DNA from: an uncultured delta proteobacterium
Lineage (GTDB): Bacteria; Desulfobacterota; Binatia; UBA9968
Assembly: GCA_963804165.1 (NCBI GenBank)
Contig: CAWDPO010000042.1
Location: 1-64,000, forward strand
Direction: 5' to 3'
DNA: 64,000 nt
Part shown: positions 43,469 to 57,265 of the stretch, one piece after another
How positions within the stretch are numbered: the stretch's first letter is position 1
How the letters are laid out: each line of letters begins with the position of its first letter
Notes under the pieces: model-generated
Seen by the model: the letters and a program-made list of their open reading frames with translations, nothing else
Told to the model about the DNA's origin: nothing
Databases searched by the model: none
Translations under genes and position numbers: made by a program

Positions 43469-44398
43469 TGGCCAACGGTTCGCGATAATAGGCCGCCGTG
43501 CGTTGCAGTCCGTCCGCGAGTGCCATTTGCGGCCGCCAGCCGAGAACTTCTCCGGCGCGGCCGTTATCGATGCAGCTGCGCCGCTGTTCGCCCGGTCTTT
43601 GCCGGGCCATGCTGCGCTTCGAGCTCGACTGCCCAAGGCGTCGCGCAAATGATTGAAAAATCGTCACCACGTCGGTTTCGACGCCGGTGCCGATGTTGAT
43701 CGGACCGACAAACGACGACTGTCAAGCGCCGCGACATTGGCCGCCACGACATCGCCGACGTAAACATAATCGCGGGTTTGCTTGCCGTCGCCATTGATGA
43801 CCGGCGTTTTACCCGCCAGCAGCATGGACAGGAAAATCGCCACGACTCCGGCCTCGCCCTTGGCCGACTGGCGCGGCCCATAAACATTGGCATAACGCAG
43901 GGCGATATACGGTAACCCGAACGCCTGGTGATAATACGAAAGATAGAGTTCGCCGGTGCGCTTGCTCACGCCGTAGGGACTCGCCGGCTGCGTCGCATGG
44001 CTTTCGGCCGCGGGAAAACTCTCTTGCTCGCCATAGACCGCGCCGCCGGAAGAAGCGAAGATCACTCTTCTTCACGCCGGCAGTTTTTACAGCCCTCCAG
44101 CAAATTAATAAAACCGAGAATATTCACGCGCGCATCGAAAGTCGGATCGGCCACCGAATGGCGCACATCCATTTGCGCCGCGTGATGACTCAAGACATCG
44201 GGCTTGATTTGCTCGATGAGCTGAGCTGCTTTGCTGTCCGCGATATCGACCTGGTGCAGCGTCGCTTTGGCGTTGACATTGCTCCGTTTGGCCGGTGGAA
44301 AAATCATCGAAGATATGAACTTCGTGGCCGCGCTCGAGATAGGCGTCGACGATGTTCGAGGCGATGAAGCCGGCGCCGCCGGTGACGACGATTTTCAC
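43465..44398 (-). CDS. NAD-dependent epimerase/dehydratase (UDP-glucose 4-epimerase-like); indels
   Basis: [47 protein letters not shown]. Confidence 0.88.
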
Positions 44399-44409
44399 GG
44401 CTTTCGCTC

Positions 44410-45337
<928 letters not shown>

Positions 45338-45345
<8 letters not shown>

Positions 45346-46650
45346 TGTTCCGTCCTATGGAGTAATAGGTAAAGCCCAGTCTTGCGCAGATCCGCGGGAT
45401 CGTAGATATTGCGGCCGTCAAAAATGACCGGATGGGTGAGCAGGTTTTTGACCCGAGCAAAATCCGGCCGGCGAAACTCATTCCATTCCGTGAAGATCAG
45501 CAGCGCCGCCGCGCCATGCAGCGCGTCATAGTTTCGATGGGTATATTGGATGCGGTCGCCGAAGATTTTTCGCGCTTCTTCCATCGCTTCGGGATCGAAG
45601 GCTTGCACCCTCGCGCCCGCGCCGAGCAGCGATTCGATGACGGTGATCGCCGGCGCGTCGCGCATATCGTCGGTGCGCGGTTTGAATGCCAACCCCCAAA
45701 TGGCGAACGTCAGTCCGGACAAGCTCGGCGCCGAAGTGGCGCTTGACTTTTTCGAACAGCAGTCCCTTTTGCCGCTCGTTGACTTGCTCGACCGCTTTGA
45801 GCAGCACCATTTCCGGCTCATCTCCGCCCATGCTGATCATGGCGCGGATATCCTTGGGGAAACAGGAGCCGCCGTAACCGACGCCGGGAAAAATAAAATG
45901 CGGCCCGATGCGCCGGTCCAAGACTGATCGCCCGGCGCACTTCGCCGATGTCGGCGTTGCATCTGCTCGCACAGCCGGGCGACTTCATTGATAAAGGAAA
46001 TTTTGGTCGCCAGCATGGCGTTGGCGGCGTACTTGCTCATCTCCGCGCTCCGGCTGTCCATGATCAGGATGGGATTGCCGGTGCGGACAAACGGCTCGTA
46101 GAGCTCCTTCACCGTCGCCAGGGCCTCTGCATTGTCGCCGCCCAAGACAACCCGGTCCGGCTTCATGAAGTCTTCGACCGCCGCGCCCTCTTTCATGAAA
46201 CTCCGGATTGGAAACGACCGCAAACGGCTGTGCCGTCTCTTCGGCGATCCAGTCGTTTGATTTGGTCCGCCGTGCCCACCGGAACCGTGCTTTTGGTGAC
46301 GATGATCTTGAAACGAGTCCATAGCTTTAGCGATGCCTTTGGCGGTGGCATGAACGTATTCGAGATTGGCATCTCCGTTGGCGCCCTGCGGCGTGCCGAC
46401 GGCGATGAAGATAACAGCCGATTTCTTCACCGCATCGGCCAAATCGGTGGTGAAGATAAGCGCTGCTCTTCAGCGTTGCGTCGCACCATCTCTTCCAAGG
46501 CCCGGCTCGTAAATCGGCACCTTGCCCGCCTTGAGCATAGTCAATTTTTGTCTCATCGATATCGACGCAGATAACATCGTTGCCGCTCTCGGCGAAACAA
46601 GTGCCGGCAACCAAGCCGACATAGCCGGTGCCAACTACAGCCAAATTCAT
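45338..46650 (-). CDS. ugd: UDP-glucose 6-dehydrogenase; indels
   Basis: [53 protein letters not shown]. Confidence 0.92.
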
Positions 46651-47608
46651 AACCTCCTCTCGCCCTCGCAGAATTTCACCGACGACATAAACTGGACGGT
46701 CCTGAGACTCGTGATAGGTCCGCGCCAACATTTCACCCAGTAAACCCATGGTGATGAATTGAAAACCGATAAAGATCAGCAGTATCGCCAGCAACAGCAG
46801 CGGCCGGCTGCCGATGTCCAGATCGTAAACGAATTTTTGCACCGTCAAATAAAGCGCGATGGCAAAGCCCGTCAGGCCGCTGATCAATGCCGATCGGTCC
46901 GAACACATGCGCCGGCCGGGTCGAATAGCTGCTGAGAAACTTCACCGTCAGCAGATCCAACACCACGCGCAGCGTCCGCGTGATGCCATACTTCGATTGT
47001 CCGCGAAATCGGGGCCGGTGGTTGACTTTGAGTTCGGCGATCTGCGCGCCGCTCTCGTAAGCGATGGCCGGAATGAAACGATGCATTTCACCGTACAGGC
47101 TGCAGACCCTTCGCGACATCTTGTCGCATCGCTTTGAGCGTACAACCGTAATCGTGCAAATTCACGTTCGTGGTCCAGGATATCAGACCGGTTGGCGATC
47201 ATTGAAGGCAGACGCCGATTGAGAAACGGGTCCCGCCGGTTAAACCGCCAGCCCGCCACCAGATCGTTGCCCTCCTCGTAGCTTAGCGAGCAAGGCGGGA
47301 ATATCGGCAGGATCATTTTGTCCATCACCGTCCATGAGGACAACGATATCGCCTTGGGCGTAGAGCCAAACCGGCCGCCAGCGCCGCCGTTTGGCCAAAA
47401 TTTCGCTTGAGACGCACGACCTTGAGCATGGATTCTTGCGTGTAAACGGCGCTTCAACGCGGCGAACGTGCCGTCGTTGCTGCCGTCGTCGACGGCGACG
47501 ATCTCGAAGGCTTTTGCCCAAGGGTGCCAGGACACCGTCGATCTCGCGAATCAGCGGTTCGACGTTATCTTCTTCGTTATAAACCGGAATGACGATCGAA
47601 AGCTCCAT
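46647..47608 (-). CDS. GT2 glycosyltransferase (ArnC/DPM1-like polyprenol-phosphate transferase); indels
   Basis: [38 protein letters not shown], two C-terminal TM segments. Confidence 0.88.
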
Positions 47609-47612
47609 CGAC

Positions 47613-48520
47613 TCAGGAATGAAAATCGGTCAGCTCGACGAACCGTTGGTAACGCTCTTCAATCTCTGCAGCGAGACATCGGTCAGCCGTTTGACGCCAA
47701 AATCCTCAACGGTAAACGACGCCACGACGGAACCGTAAACGATCGCCCGGCGCAGGCCGCCCTGGCTCTGGTCGCCGGAGCGCGCCAGGTGGCCCATGAA
47801 ACCGCCAGCGAAGGAATCGCCCGCGCCGGTGGGATCGAACACCTCTTCCAATGGATAGGCCGGCGTCGCAAAGACCGAGGAATCGGAAAATTGCAGCACG
47901 CCATACTCGCCGCGCTTGATCAGGACCATCTTCGGCCCCATCTTCAGTATCGCCCGCGCCGCCTTGACGATATTATCGTAGCCGCTGAGCAACCGCGCTT
48001 CAGAATCGTTGACGCACCAGAATTTCGATGCGCTTGAGCACTTTTTTTAATTCCTCGTTGCTCTCGCGGATCCAGTGATCCATGGTGTCGCAAACCACCA
48101 GCTTCATGCGACGAAGCTGGTGCAGCACTTCCATTTGCATCGACCGGATCGATATTGCCGAGAAAAACGTATTCGGCGTCGCGATAGCGTTCGCGGCAGT
48201 TTCGGCTCGAAACCGGCCAAGACGTTGAAGTGCAGCTCGATGGTATCGCGCTGATTGATATCTTCATGATAGCGGCCGCGCCAGTGAAACGTATCGCCTT
48301 TCTCGCGCTGAATGCCTTCGATATCGATGTTGCGCTGGTTAAAAAGGTCAAGATAATCCTGCGGAAAATCCTGGCCGATCACGCCGACGATGCGCACCGG
48401 AGCGAAAAAACTCGCGCCCAGCGCGAAATAGGACGCCGATCCGCCCAGGATGCGCTCGGCCGAACCAAAAGGCGTTTCAATCGAATCGAATGCAACCGTT
48501 CCAACGACGAAGACACTCAT
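47613..48520 (-). CDS. PfkB family carbohydrate/nucleoside kinase; indels
   Basis: [33 protein letters not shown]. Confidence 0.9.
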
Positions 48521-49380
48521 AGATATTTTCCGATAATGGGCCGCAATTGGACGCGAAGTTTCTTTGGAATACGGGCACGTTCGGTAATGATAGCATCCTT
48601 TAACGCCGACGCACAGCTGCAGGAACGCGTTGAAGGTAGTTTCGCCACGGCCCGCCGGATCGTTCGCTGCGCCAGATCCACGTTGTGCTTCAGCACGGTC
48701 GAGTACATGCTCGATTTCAACATCGCCGGCGTCCTGATTCCAACAATCGTAATCGGTCGCCAACGCCAGAGTGCTGAAACAGATTTCCGCCTCGCGCGCC
48801 AGTTTTGCTTCCTGAAGATTGGTCATGCCAATCACGTCCGCGCGCCAACTTCGATACAGCTGCGACTCCGCCCGGGTCGAAAACTGCGGTCCCTTCCATG
48901 CAAAGGTAAGTTCCGCCGGCGTGAACTTTCGCGCCTTCGGCAGTCGCCGCATGCAACGAGAATTCCCGACAGTTCTTTGCAAAAGGGATCCGCCATGCTC
49001 ACGTGCGCGACCAGTCCACGACCAAAAAAAGTGCTCGGCCGCTGCGTCGTGCGGTCGATAAATTGATCGGGAACAACCACATGCCCCGGCGCGATTTCTT
49101 GACGCAGGCTGCCCACCGCGCTGATCGAAAGGATTCGTTCCACGCCGAGTTTCTTCATCGCGAAAATATTCGCGCGAAAATTGACTTCGGTCGGCAGCCA
49201 GCGATGTCCCCTGCCGTGGCGCGGCAAGAATACCAATTCGGTTCGTCCCAAGCGGCCGCGAATCAATCGATCCGAGGGTTTGCCGAACGGTGTTTTTACG
49301 TCTATTTCCCGCACTCGCTCGATTTCGGACATCTGGTAGAGGCCGCTGCCGCCGATGACGCCTATGATAGGTGAGGCCAT
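48517..49380 (-). CDS. mtnP: S-methyl-5'-thioadenosine phosphorylase; indels
   Basis: [54 protein letters not shown]. Confidence 0.92.
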
Positions 49381-49386
49381 ACCAGA

Positions 49387-50454
49387 TCAACTGACCGCGG
49401 CGGAAATTGGTCTTGCCGGCGCGCGCCCATGTTCGTCACCCTGAAGCTGCCCGCACGCGGCTTGAATATCGTCGCCTCGGGGCCGGCGCACATTGACCTG
49501 CACACCCGCATCGTGCAGGACGTTTTGAAAGCGCGCGACCTCCGCGTCCGTCGGTCTGAGATAGGCGCTGCCGGGATGAGGATTAAAAGGAATCACGTTC
49601 ACTTTGCTGGGAATACCCTGGAGAAGGTTGGCGAGCTGGCGCGCCTGTTGCTCGGAATCATTGATACCACGCAGCAACACATATTCAAAAGTGATGCGCT
49701 TGCGTCGTGGAATCGGCAGCGCCCGGCAGCAATCGAGCAGCCTGGACAGTGAATATTTGCGATTGACCGGCATCAGCTCGCCGCGCAGTTCATCGCTTGG
49801 CGCGTGTAGTGAAATCGCCAAATTGACCCGCGTCTCCGCCATGAGTTTTTGGATTTGCGGCACCAGACCAACCGTGGATACTGTGACTCGACGCGGCGAA
49901 ATGCCGACGCCCCACTCGCCATCAGTGATGATTTGCAGCGCGCTCAAAGTCTGGTCGTAGTTGGCCAGCGGTTCGCCCATCCCCATAAGAACGACGTGGG
50001 TGATGCGCCGGTCATCGCTCAGCGTACGACTGGCTTCTAGTATCTGATCGACGATTTCGCTAGCCATTAGATTTCTTGTAAGACCCAAAACCGCCGTGGC
50101 ACAAAAGGCGCAACCAAAACCGCAACCGGCTTGGGTCGAGACACAGAGCGTTAGCCGCTTGCTCTCCGGGATCAGCACACTTTCGATGCTGGCGCCGCCG
50201 GTGAGACCGAAAAGAATCTTCACCGTGCCATCGCGCGACTCGGCGCGCCGCAGCGTTAGCAAGCGTCCGATGATGAACTTTTCGTCTAACTCCTCGCGCA
50301 ACACGCGAGAGAGATTTGTCATCTCGGCAAATGTCGTCGCCCGCTTCTGAAACAGCCATTGGCGGATCTGCTTGGCGCGGTAGACCGGATGGTTGTGTTC
50401 GCTCAGAAACGCCGTCAGTTCTTTGAAGCTCAAATCTTTGACGTTGGGCTTCAC
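49387..50454 (-). CDS. rlmN: 23S rRNA (A2503-C2) methyltransferase RlmN
   Basis: [15 protein letters not shown] (CxxxCxxC), [20 protein letters not shown]. Confidence 0.96.
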   Translation of the reverse strand: MKPNVKDLSFKELTAFLSEHNHPVYRAKQIRQWLFQKRATTFAEMTNLSRVLREELDEKFIIGRLLTLRRAESRDGTVKILFGLTGGASIESVLIPESKRLTLCVSTQAGCGFGCAFCATAVLGLTRNLMASEIVDQILEASRTLSDDRRITHVVLMGMGEPLANYDQTLSALQIITDGEWGVGISPRRVTVSTVGLVPQIQKLMAETRVNLAISLHAPSDELRGELMPVNRKYSLSRLLDCCRALPIPRRKRITFEYVLLRGINDSEQQARQLANLLQGIPSKVNVIPFNPHPGSAYLRPTDAEVARFQNVLHDAGVQVNVRRPRGDDIQAACGQLQGDEHGRAPARPISAAVS

Positions 50455-50489
50455 GTTTAAATAGCGCTCGCAGTAAACGTTAGGGGCCT

Positions 50490-50516
50490 GTAGGGGCCGA
50501 CCCTATGTGGTCGCCC
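50490..50516. repeat. GTAG-type REP element
   Basis: gtaggggccgaccctatgtggtcgccc: GTAG tetranucleotide followed by an imperfect palindrome, intergenic. Confidence 0.6.
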
Positions 50517-50536
50517 GCAACAGATATGGCGGCCGG

Positions 50537-50956
50537 TCAAAAAATCTCGTCGGGCCTGAAAAAAAAGGCAATCTCACCGGCCGCGGTTTCCGGCCCGTCT
50601 GAGCCGTGGACAGCGTTCTGCTCGACGTCTTTGCCGCAATCTTTGCGAATCGTTCCCGGCGCGGCTTTCGCGGGATCGGTGGCGCCCATGATCTCGCGAT
50701 TTTTCGCGATCGCGCTTTCGCCCTCGAGAACTGACACAAAGATCGGTCCGGACGACATATAAGCACACAGGCTGGCAAAAAACGGCCGCTCCTTATGCAC
50801 CGAATAAAACGCCTGCGCTCGCTCCGGCGACAACCTCAGAAGTTTTCCTGCGGCGATGCGGAGACCAGCGGACTCGAACCGGCGCAGAATTTCGCCGATC
50901 AAATTGCGTCCCACTGCATCGGGTTTGACAATCGATAAGGTTCTTTCGACACTCAT
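50537..50956 (-). CDS. ndk: nucleoside diphosphate kinase
   Basis: [33 protein letters not shown]. Confidence 0.96.
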   Translation of the reverse strand: MSVERTLSIVKPDAVGRNLIGEILRRFESAGLRIAAGKLLRLSPERAQAFYSVHKERPFFASLCAYMSSGPIFVSVLEGESAIAKNREIMGATDPAKAAPGTIRKDCGKDVEQNAVHGSDGPETAAGEIAFFFRPDEIF

Positions 50957-51828
50957 TACTTTCCTAACGCCTCCTGCATCATTGCGCCGATCGTCGCCGG
51001 TGAAGATGCCATACAAATCCCCGCCGCTTTCATTGCGGCAATTTTTTCCTTGGCGGTGCCTTTGCCGCCCGAAATGATCGCGCCAGCGTGGCCCATTCTT
51101 TTTCCCGGCGGCGCCGTCTGACCGGCGATGAAACCAACCACCGGCTTTTTCATGTTGAGCTTGATCCAAGCCGCGGCTTCTTCCTCAGCGCTGCCGCCGA
51201 TCTCGCCGATCATAACGACGGCGTCGGTTCCACGGTCCTGGTTGAACATTTTCAGAACGTCGACGAATTCAAATCCATGCACCGGATCACCGCCGATGCC
51301 CACACACGTCGACTGCCCCAACCCGAGCCGGGTCAACTGGTCTACGGCTTCGTAGGTCAACGTGCCGCTGCGCGACACCACGCCAATGGTTCCCTCTTTG
51401 TGAATGTGTCCGGGCATAATACCGATCTTGCATTCTCCCGGGGTAATCGTGCCCGGACAATTCGGACCGAGCAATTGCGAGCTTCTACCCTCAAGGTAGC
51501 GCTTCACCTTCACCATATCGCGCACTGGCACGCCCTCGGTAATACAGATAATCAAGGCAATTCCGGCATCAGCCGCTTCGAGGATCGCATCCGCGGCGAA
51601 CGGCGGCGGTACATAGATCACGCTCGCGTTAGCGCCCGTCTCCCGCACCGCCCGTTCAACGGTGTCGAAGATGGGAATTCCTTCGAACGCCGTCCCGCCC
51701 TTGCCGGGTGTCACACCCGCCACCATCTGCGTGCCGTATTCTTTGCACGCTTTGGTATGAAATTGTCCCGTCGCTCCCGTAATACCTTGCGTCAAAACTC
51801 GCGTTTGTTTGTTGACCAGGATGGACAT
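50956..51828 (-). CDS. sucD: succinate--CoA ligase subunit alpha
   Basis: [27 protein letters not shown]. Confidence 0.97.
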   Translation of the reverse strand: MSILVNKQTRVLTQGITGATGQFHTKACKEYGTQMVAGVTPGKGGTAFEGIPIFDTVERAVRETGANASVIYVPPPFAADAILEAADAGIALIICITEGVPVRDMVKVKRYLEGRSSQLLGPNCPGTITPGECKIGIMPGHIHKEGTIGVVSRSGTLTYEAVDQLTRLGLGQSTCVGIGGDPVHGFEFVDVLKMFNQDRGTDAVVMIGEIGGSAEEEAAAWIKLNMKKPVVGFIAGQTAPPGKRMGHAGAIISGGKGTAKEKIAAMKAAGICMASSPATIGAMMQEALGK

Positions 51829-51896
51829 TCTTCAAACCGAAAAGCGTGAGGAGTTAAGCGTTAGGCGTCGTCCCCTCACCCCTTGCGCTTTACTCC

Positions 51897-53060
51897 TTAC
51901 TTTCCTACCGCTTTCACAATTTTCTCGGCCGCCTCGGCCATCGTTTCAGCGGAAATAATCGTCAAACCGGACTCAGCGAGGATTTGTCGGCCCTGCTCCA
52001 CGTTGGTTCCCTGCATGCGCACGACGAGTGGCACGTTGATGTGGAGTTCCCGTGCGGCATCGACAACGCCTTGAGCCAACACGTCGCAGCGCATGATGCC
52101 GCCGAAAATATTGATCAGCACGCCGCGCACCCGCGCATCGGCGAGAAGGATCTTGAAAGCCTGCGCGACCTTTTCCTTGTTGGCGCCGCCGCCGACGTCG
52201 AGAAAATTGGCCGGCTCGCCGCCGTAGAGCTTGATGATATCCATGGTCGCCATCGCCAAGCCGGCGCCGTTGACCATACAGGCGATGTTGCCGTCCAACG
52301 AAATGTAGGAGAGATCGTATTTGCTTGCTTCGACCTCGCGCGGATCTTCTTCATCCAAATCGCGCAGCGCAACGATATCTTTTTGCCGGAAAAAAGCGTT
52401 GCTGTCGAAATTCATCTTGGCGTCGAGCGCGATCACCTGGCCTTCCTTCGTTATGATCAGCGGATTAATCTCGGCGAGCGACGCGTCGCATTCTTCGAAG
52501 GCGCGATAAAGTCCCTGCATCACGCCAACCAATTTCCCGGTCAGCGCAGACGGAATTCCCAATGCAAATGCCAAGCGGCGGCATTGAAAGCCGGCCAAGC
52601 CGATCACCGGATCGATGGTTTCTTTCAATATTTTTTCCGGATGATGGGCCGCGACTTCCTCAATCTCAACGCCCCCTTCCGAAGAGCAAATCACCGTCAC
52701 GCGGGATTGCACCCGATCCAATACCATGGCCAGATAAAGCTCACGCTCGATGTTTACCCCTTGCTCGACAAGTACCCTCCGCACCTGGCGGCCCTCCGGA
52801 CCAGTTTGATGCGTGACAAGGTTTTTGCCGAGCATCTCCCGCGCTTTTAATGCCGCTTCTTCAGGACTCTTGACGACTTTGACACCACCACCCTTGCCGC
52901 GCCCGCCGGCATGAATCTGCGCTTTGACGACGCTCACGCCACCGCCCAGTGATTGCGCCGCCGACTTGGCTTCGTCCGGTGTGGTCGCGACGAGCCCCCG
53001 CGGCACGCTGACGCCGAAGCGCTTGAGAATTTCCTTCGCTTGGAACTCGTGGATGTTCAT
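51897..53060 (-). CDS. sucC: succinate--CoA ligase subunit beta
   Basis: [42 protein letters not shown]. Confidence 0.97.
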   Translation of the reverse strand: MNIHEFQAKEILKRFGVSVPRGLVATTPDEAKSAAQSLGGGVSVVKAQIHAGGRGKGGGVKVVKSPEEAALKAREMLGKNLVTHQTGPEGRQVRRVLVEQGVNIERELYLAMVLDRVQSRVTVICSSEGGVEIEEVAAHHPEKILKETIDPVIGLAGFQCRRLAFALGIPSALTGKLVGVMQGLYRAFEECDASLAEINPLIITKEGQVIALDAKMNFDSNAFFRQKDIVALRDLDEEDPREVEASKYDLSYISLDGNIACMVNGAGLAMATMDIIKLYGGEPANFLDVGGGANKEKVAQAFKILLADARVRGVLINIFGGIMRCDVLAQGVVDAARELHINVPLVVRMQGTNVEQGRQILAESGLTIISAETMAEAAEKIVKAVGK

Positions 53061-53139
53061 CGTTTCAGGCGTGATACAATGAGACCCTAAGACTAAACGA
53101 TTGGCCTCAGGGTCTCAATACTACGGAATCTTAATTGTG

Positions 53140-54084
53140 TTACGCAACGCCCAACACGCGGTTCATCGCCTGCACGATATCTTTAACGTGACTGAGCGAT
53201 TCATCGAAGGCCTTCTTGTCGGCGGCATTGAGATTGATGTCGATGACTTTTTCCACACCGCCGGCGCCGATCATCACCGGCACGCAGAAGTAATAGCCGC
53301 TGACGCCGTACTCGCCTTCGAGCAACGCCGCGCATGGAAGAATTTCCTTCTTGTCGAAGAGAAAGGCCTCTGTCATTTGAATCGCCGCGGAAGCGGGTGA
53401 GAAATACGCCGATCCCGTCTTCAATAATGCAACCACTTCGCCGCCGGCGTTGCGCACCCGCGCCTCAATCTCGTCCAGACGCTGCGCCGGGATTAGTTTC
53501 TCCACCGGCACACCCCCGACAATGCAGGAGCTGCGCACCGGCACCATGTCATCGCCGTGACCGCCCAGAACCATCGCGTGTACGCTTTTCACGGAAACGT
53601 TCAGTTCCTTTGCAATGAAAGAGCGATAACGCGACGAATCGAGAATCCCCGATTGACCGACGACCCGGTTCTTCGGAAAGCCCAGGGCGCGCTGCATCAG
53701 CGTCACCATCGCGTCGAGCGGATTGGTGATGACGATGACGAAGGAGCTGGGCGCGTGTTTTTTGATGCCGTCCGCGACTGACGTCAGAATCTTAGCGTTG
53801 GTGCCCAGCAAATCGTCACGGCTCATGCCCGGCTTGCGCGCGATTCCTGCCGTCACGATGCAAACATCGGCGCCGGCAATATCGTCGTACTTGTTGGTGC
53901 CAATAACATTACCGTCGAAACCTTCGATCGGCCCGGCGTGGGATAAGTCGAGCGCTTTACCCTGCGGCAATCCTTCGATGACATCGAACATCACCACATC
54001 GCCAAGCCCCTTCAATAGCGCTAAATGGGCCATCGATCCGCCGATATTCCCAGCGCCGATAAGCGTTATTTTCTTCCTTGCCAT
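53140..54084 (-). CDS. mdh: malate dehydrogenase (LDH-like)
   Basis: IGAGNIG, ARKPGMSRDDL, LDSSR, GGHGD. Confidence 0.96.
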   Translation of the reverse strand: MARKKITLIGAGNIGGSMAHLALLKGLGDVVMFDVIEGLPQGKALDLSHAGPIEGFDGNVIGTNKYDDIAGADVCIVTAGIARKPGMSRDDLLGTNAKILTSVADGIKKHAPSSFVIVITNPLDAMVTLMQRALGFPKNRVVGQSGILDSSRYRSFIAKELNVSVKSVHAMVLGGHGDDMVPVRSSCIVGGVPVEKLIPAQRLDEIEARVRNAGGEVVALLKTGSAYFSPASAAIQMTEAFLFDKKEILPCAALLEGEYGVSGYYFCVPVMIGAGGVEKVIDINLNAADKKAFDESLSHVKDIVQAMNRVLGVA

Positions 54085-54158
54085 AACTCCCTCAAAACGA
54101 TTTGAATCTAGCTACAACCGAATCCTTCTGCACTCGACCCTCGTCACTCGACGCTTCC

Positions 54159-55565
54159 TCACATATTCGCGATGATGGCGTCGCCGAATCCGGAACAACT
54201 CACCAACTTCGATCCCGGCATCAAACGCTCGAAGTCGTAGGTCACGGTCTTGGCGTTGACCGCACCCTCGATCCCTTTGATGATCAAATCAGCGGCTTCC
54301 GACCAACCCATGTAGCGCAGCATCATCTCGCCGGAGAGGATTACCGATCCCGGATTCACTTTATCGAGGTCAGCATACTTCGGCGCCGTGCCGTGGGTCG
54401 CTTCGAAAACCGCATGGCCGGTTTCGTAGTTAATATTGGCGCCGGGTGCGATGCCGATGCCACCCACCTGCGCCGCTAGAGCGTCGGAGAGGTAGTCGCC
54501 GTTCAGATTCAATGTCGCAATGACATCGTAGTCTTTGGGCCGGATGAGCACGAACTGCAGCGTCACGTCGGCGATGGAGTCCTTGAGCATCAGCTTTGAC
54601 TTCCACTTGCCGTCGCCATGGGTCGGCCAAAGTTTGAGCGCCTCTTCGACTTCCTTTTTTATATCGCCCTGCTGCGCCGGTGACATCATGTCGAAGCCCG
54701 GATCGATGAGCTTGGCATTTTCTTCCACCGAAATATTCGGTTTGGCTTCTCTGTTACCGAGGATCCACGACTCGCGCTCGGTGACCACGTCGTTGCGGAA
54801 TTCGCGCTTGCCGAGGGCGTAGCCCCACTCCATAAAAGCGCCCTCGGTATACTTCATGATATTGCCCTTATGGACGAAGTTAATGTTTTTCCGCTTGTTA
54901 TCCAGAGCCCACTGAATCGCCGCCCGGACCAAACGCTCGGTGCCTTCGACCGAGACCGGCTTTAAGCCCACGGCTGCCGTGTTTGGAAAACGAATCTTGG
55001 CATATTCTTTTGGAAAATTTTCCTTGAGCAGCGATTTGAACTTAGCGTTGGCTTCGGTGTCGTTGGGAAACTCGATGCCGGTGTAAATATCTTCGGTGTT
55101 TTCGCGGAAAACCGCCATGTCGACAAACTCAGGATGCTTAACCGGCGATGGCACGCCGTTGAAGTAGCGTACGGGCCGTAGGCAAACGTAGAGATCGAGC
55201 AGCTTACGCAGTCCGACGTTGAGCGAAGTCATACCGCCGCCGATGGGCGTCGTCAGTGGTCCCTTGATGCCGACAAGAAACTCGGTGAACGCCGGCACGG
55301 TTTCTTCGTGCAGCCAGCTATTGTACTGCTTGAAAGACTTCTCACCGGCATAAACTTCCATCCAGTGGATTTTCTTTTTGCCCTTGTAGGCCTTTTCCAC
55401 GGCTGAATCGAACACGCGGACCGACGCACGCCAAATATCGCGGCCAGTGCCGTCACCTTCAATATACGGAATGATCGGATTATCCGGGACCTGAAGCTTT
55501 TTGTTGGCCCCCATCGTAATCTTCGCACCGCTCGTTGGGACTTTTACCACTTTGTACTCTGCCAT
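54159..55565 (-). CDS. icd: NADP-dependent isocitrate dehydrogenase
   Basis: [46 protein letters not shown]. Confidence 0.96.
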   Translation of the reverse strand: MAEYKVVKVPTSGAKITMGANKKLQVPDNPIIPYIEGDGTGRDIWRASVRVFDSAVEKAYKGKKKIHWMEVYAGEKSFKQYNSWLHEETVPAFTEFLVGIKGPLTTPIGGGMTSLNVGLRKLLDLYVCLRPVRYFNGVPSPVKHPEFVDMAVFRENTEDIYTGIEFPNDTEANAKFKSLLKENFPKEYAKIRFPNTAAVGLKPVSVEGTERLVRAAIQWALDNKRKNINFVHKGNIMKYTEGAFMEWGYALGKREFRNDVVTERESWILGNREAKPNISVEENAKLIDPGFDMMSPAQQGDIKKEVEEALKLWPTHGDGKWKSKLMLKDSIADVTLQFVLIRPKDYDVIATLNLNGDYLSDALAAQVGGIGIAPGANINYETGHAVFEATHGTAPKYADLDKVNPGSVILSGEMMLRYMGWSEAADLIIKGIEGAVNAKTVTYDFERLMPGSKLVSCSGFGDAIIANM

Positions 55566-55695
55566 GTTCTCCTCACCTGCAAAAATAGCCTAAGGGCCTT
55601 TTGCAAATCTAAACGCACCTTAGGCTATTTGCTTAAAAATGAATTTTTAACTGCTCGAAACTAACTGATAAACTAAGGCGAGTCAAGGTGACTAA

Positions 55696-56370
55696 CTACT
55701 CGTTTTTCTTCTGCTCTAGCCATCTTTCCAGATAGCGGCCGGCGACGTCTCTGCCGCCCAAACCAAAGGCTAAGGCCAGCGCTAAACAGACCGCGCCGAA
55801 GACTAAAATAAATGCCCAAATGACGATCTCCGAAGCGATATCGAGAATCTCAAAGATGCCGGCGATGACAAAAATCGCCGTGCCGATATACGCCGCGCGT
55901 CCGATTGACCCTGCGGCCTCCAGGCCGGCATTGGCGCACGAGGTCCGGGTTACCGTTTCCAAAAAATTCGCGAAGTAAAGTCCTAGGATGAGCGTGACCA
56001 GAGCCGCTACGATCTTGGGAATGTAGAGATAGATCGTGTGTAATGTATCGGTTGCGCCGCTTAGGTTGAGCGTCTCCAAAGTGGTCACGATCGCAATCAA
56101 AAATAGAAACCAGAACACGAGCAGTCCGATGATATCCGACGTCGACTGCTTGATGCCGCCCTTCTCCAATATTTGCTTGATGCCGGCGCGTTCCGCTAAG
56201 TTGTCGAATTGGCAAAGCTTAAGCAAACGCACGACGACTCTCTTGATGACATTGCAGATCACCCAGCCGAGCAGAAGGATTGCGATGGAAAAGAATAAAT
56301 TCGGCAGAAAAACTGCGATTTTGGTGACAAAGGCATCCCAAAACCCTGTCACAGTGACGATGGGATTCAT
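55696..56370 (-). CDS. CmpX-like / mechanosensitive-channel-associated TM-helix repeat protein
   Basis: Repeated FLPNL../YIPKI.. TM units; C-terminal ALAFGLGGRD; AAGGAGG RBS. Confidence 0.8.
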   Translation of the reverse strand: MNPIVTVTGFWDAFVTKIAVFLPNLFFSIAILLLGWVICNVIKRVVVRLLKLCQFDNLAERAGIKQILEKGGIKQSTSDIIGLLVFWFLFLIAIVTTLETLNLSGATDTLHTIYLYIPKIVAALVTLILGLYFANFLETVTRTSCANAGLEAAGSIGRAAYIGTAIFVIAGIFEILDIASEIVIWAFILVFGAVCLALALAFGLGGRDVAGRYLERWLEQKKNE

Positions 56371-56471
56371 TCATTCCTCCTTAAGGACGACTCCGGGTCG
56401 CAACTACTAAATAGGGGAGTTGCGACAATAATGTCAAACAAAGGTGAAGAAAATCCCTAATTCGACCGCAC

Positions 56472-56500
56472 TTGAAACCAGATGTTTCACTCAATATAGT
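56472..56500 (+). promoter_or_regulatory. sigma70-type promoter of the ccm operon
   Basis: TTGAAA-N17-TATAGT about 57 nt upstream of ccmA. Confidence 0.6.
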
Positions 56501-56557
56501 CGGTCGACCGACTCTTGGGCGTTATAAGAAATCCTGTCCTGCCGTCGAGACCTGACC

Positions 56558-57265
56558 TTGCGTCTGTCCATTGACAAACTTTCCAAAGCCTACGGTTTTC
56601 TGTGGGCGCTCAGAGACGTGGATCTTGACCTTCAGTCAGGCCAGCTCGTCGCGCTTCTCGGACCGAACGGCGCCGGTAAGACAACCTTGTTAAAACTGTT
56701 CTCGGGATTGCTATTGCCCACCGCGGGCTCGATCCAATTTGACGGCGTTACGTTCGCGCCCGGCGCGATGGAGTTGCGCAGGAAGGTCGGCTTGTTATCG
56801 CCTGCGGACCACTTATACGAAAATCTCACGGTCAGCGAAAATTTGCGCTTTTTCGCTTCGCTCTATCACCGCCGCCATAGTCCCGCCGCGCTCGTCGAAA
56901 CGCTCGAATCCGTCAATCTCGGCTCTCGCCGCGATGACTACGTAGCAAATCTCTCCAGCGGCATGAAGTGCCGTCTCTCCATCGCCAAGTGGCAGCTTTT
57001 GCAGCCCGAGCTCCTGTTGCTCGATGAGCCCTACGGCGTGCTCGACGGCAGCGGCGTCGACTTGCTTGAAGGCTTTCTGCGCGCACAGTGCGCGCGGGGC
57101 GGTGTCGTCATCATGGCCTCGCACCATGTGTCGCGCGTGCTGCAGCTTTGCAGCCATGCGCTGATTTTGCATCAAGGGCGGTTGACCTTTAACGAAGCCA
57201 AGCAGCAGCCGTGGCCGAGTTTCGATAAAGCGTTCAGCGAATTTTTGCCGCACGGAGGATCATGA
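56558..57265 (+). CDS. ccmA: heme ABC exporter ATP-binding protein
   Basis: GPNGAGKT, LSSGMK, LLLDEP; first gene of the ccm operon. Confidence 0.9.
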   Translation: MRLSIDKLSKAYGFLWALRDVDLDLQSGQLVALLGPNGAGKTTLLKLFSGLLLPTAGSIQFDGVTFAPGAMELRRKVGLLSPADHLYENLTVSENLRFFASLYHRRHSPAALVETLESVNLGSRRDDYVANLSSGMKCRLSIAKWQLLQPELLLLDEPYGVLDGSGVDLLEGFLRAQCARGGVVIMASHHVSRVLQLCSHALILHQGRLTFNEAKQQPWPSFDKAFSEFLPHGGS

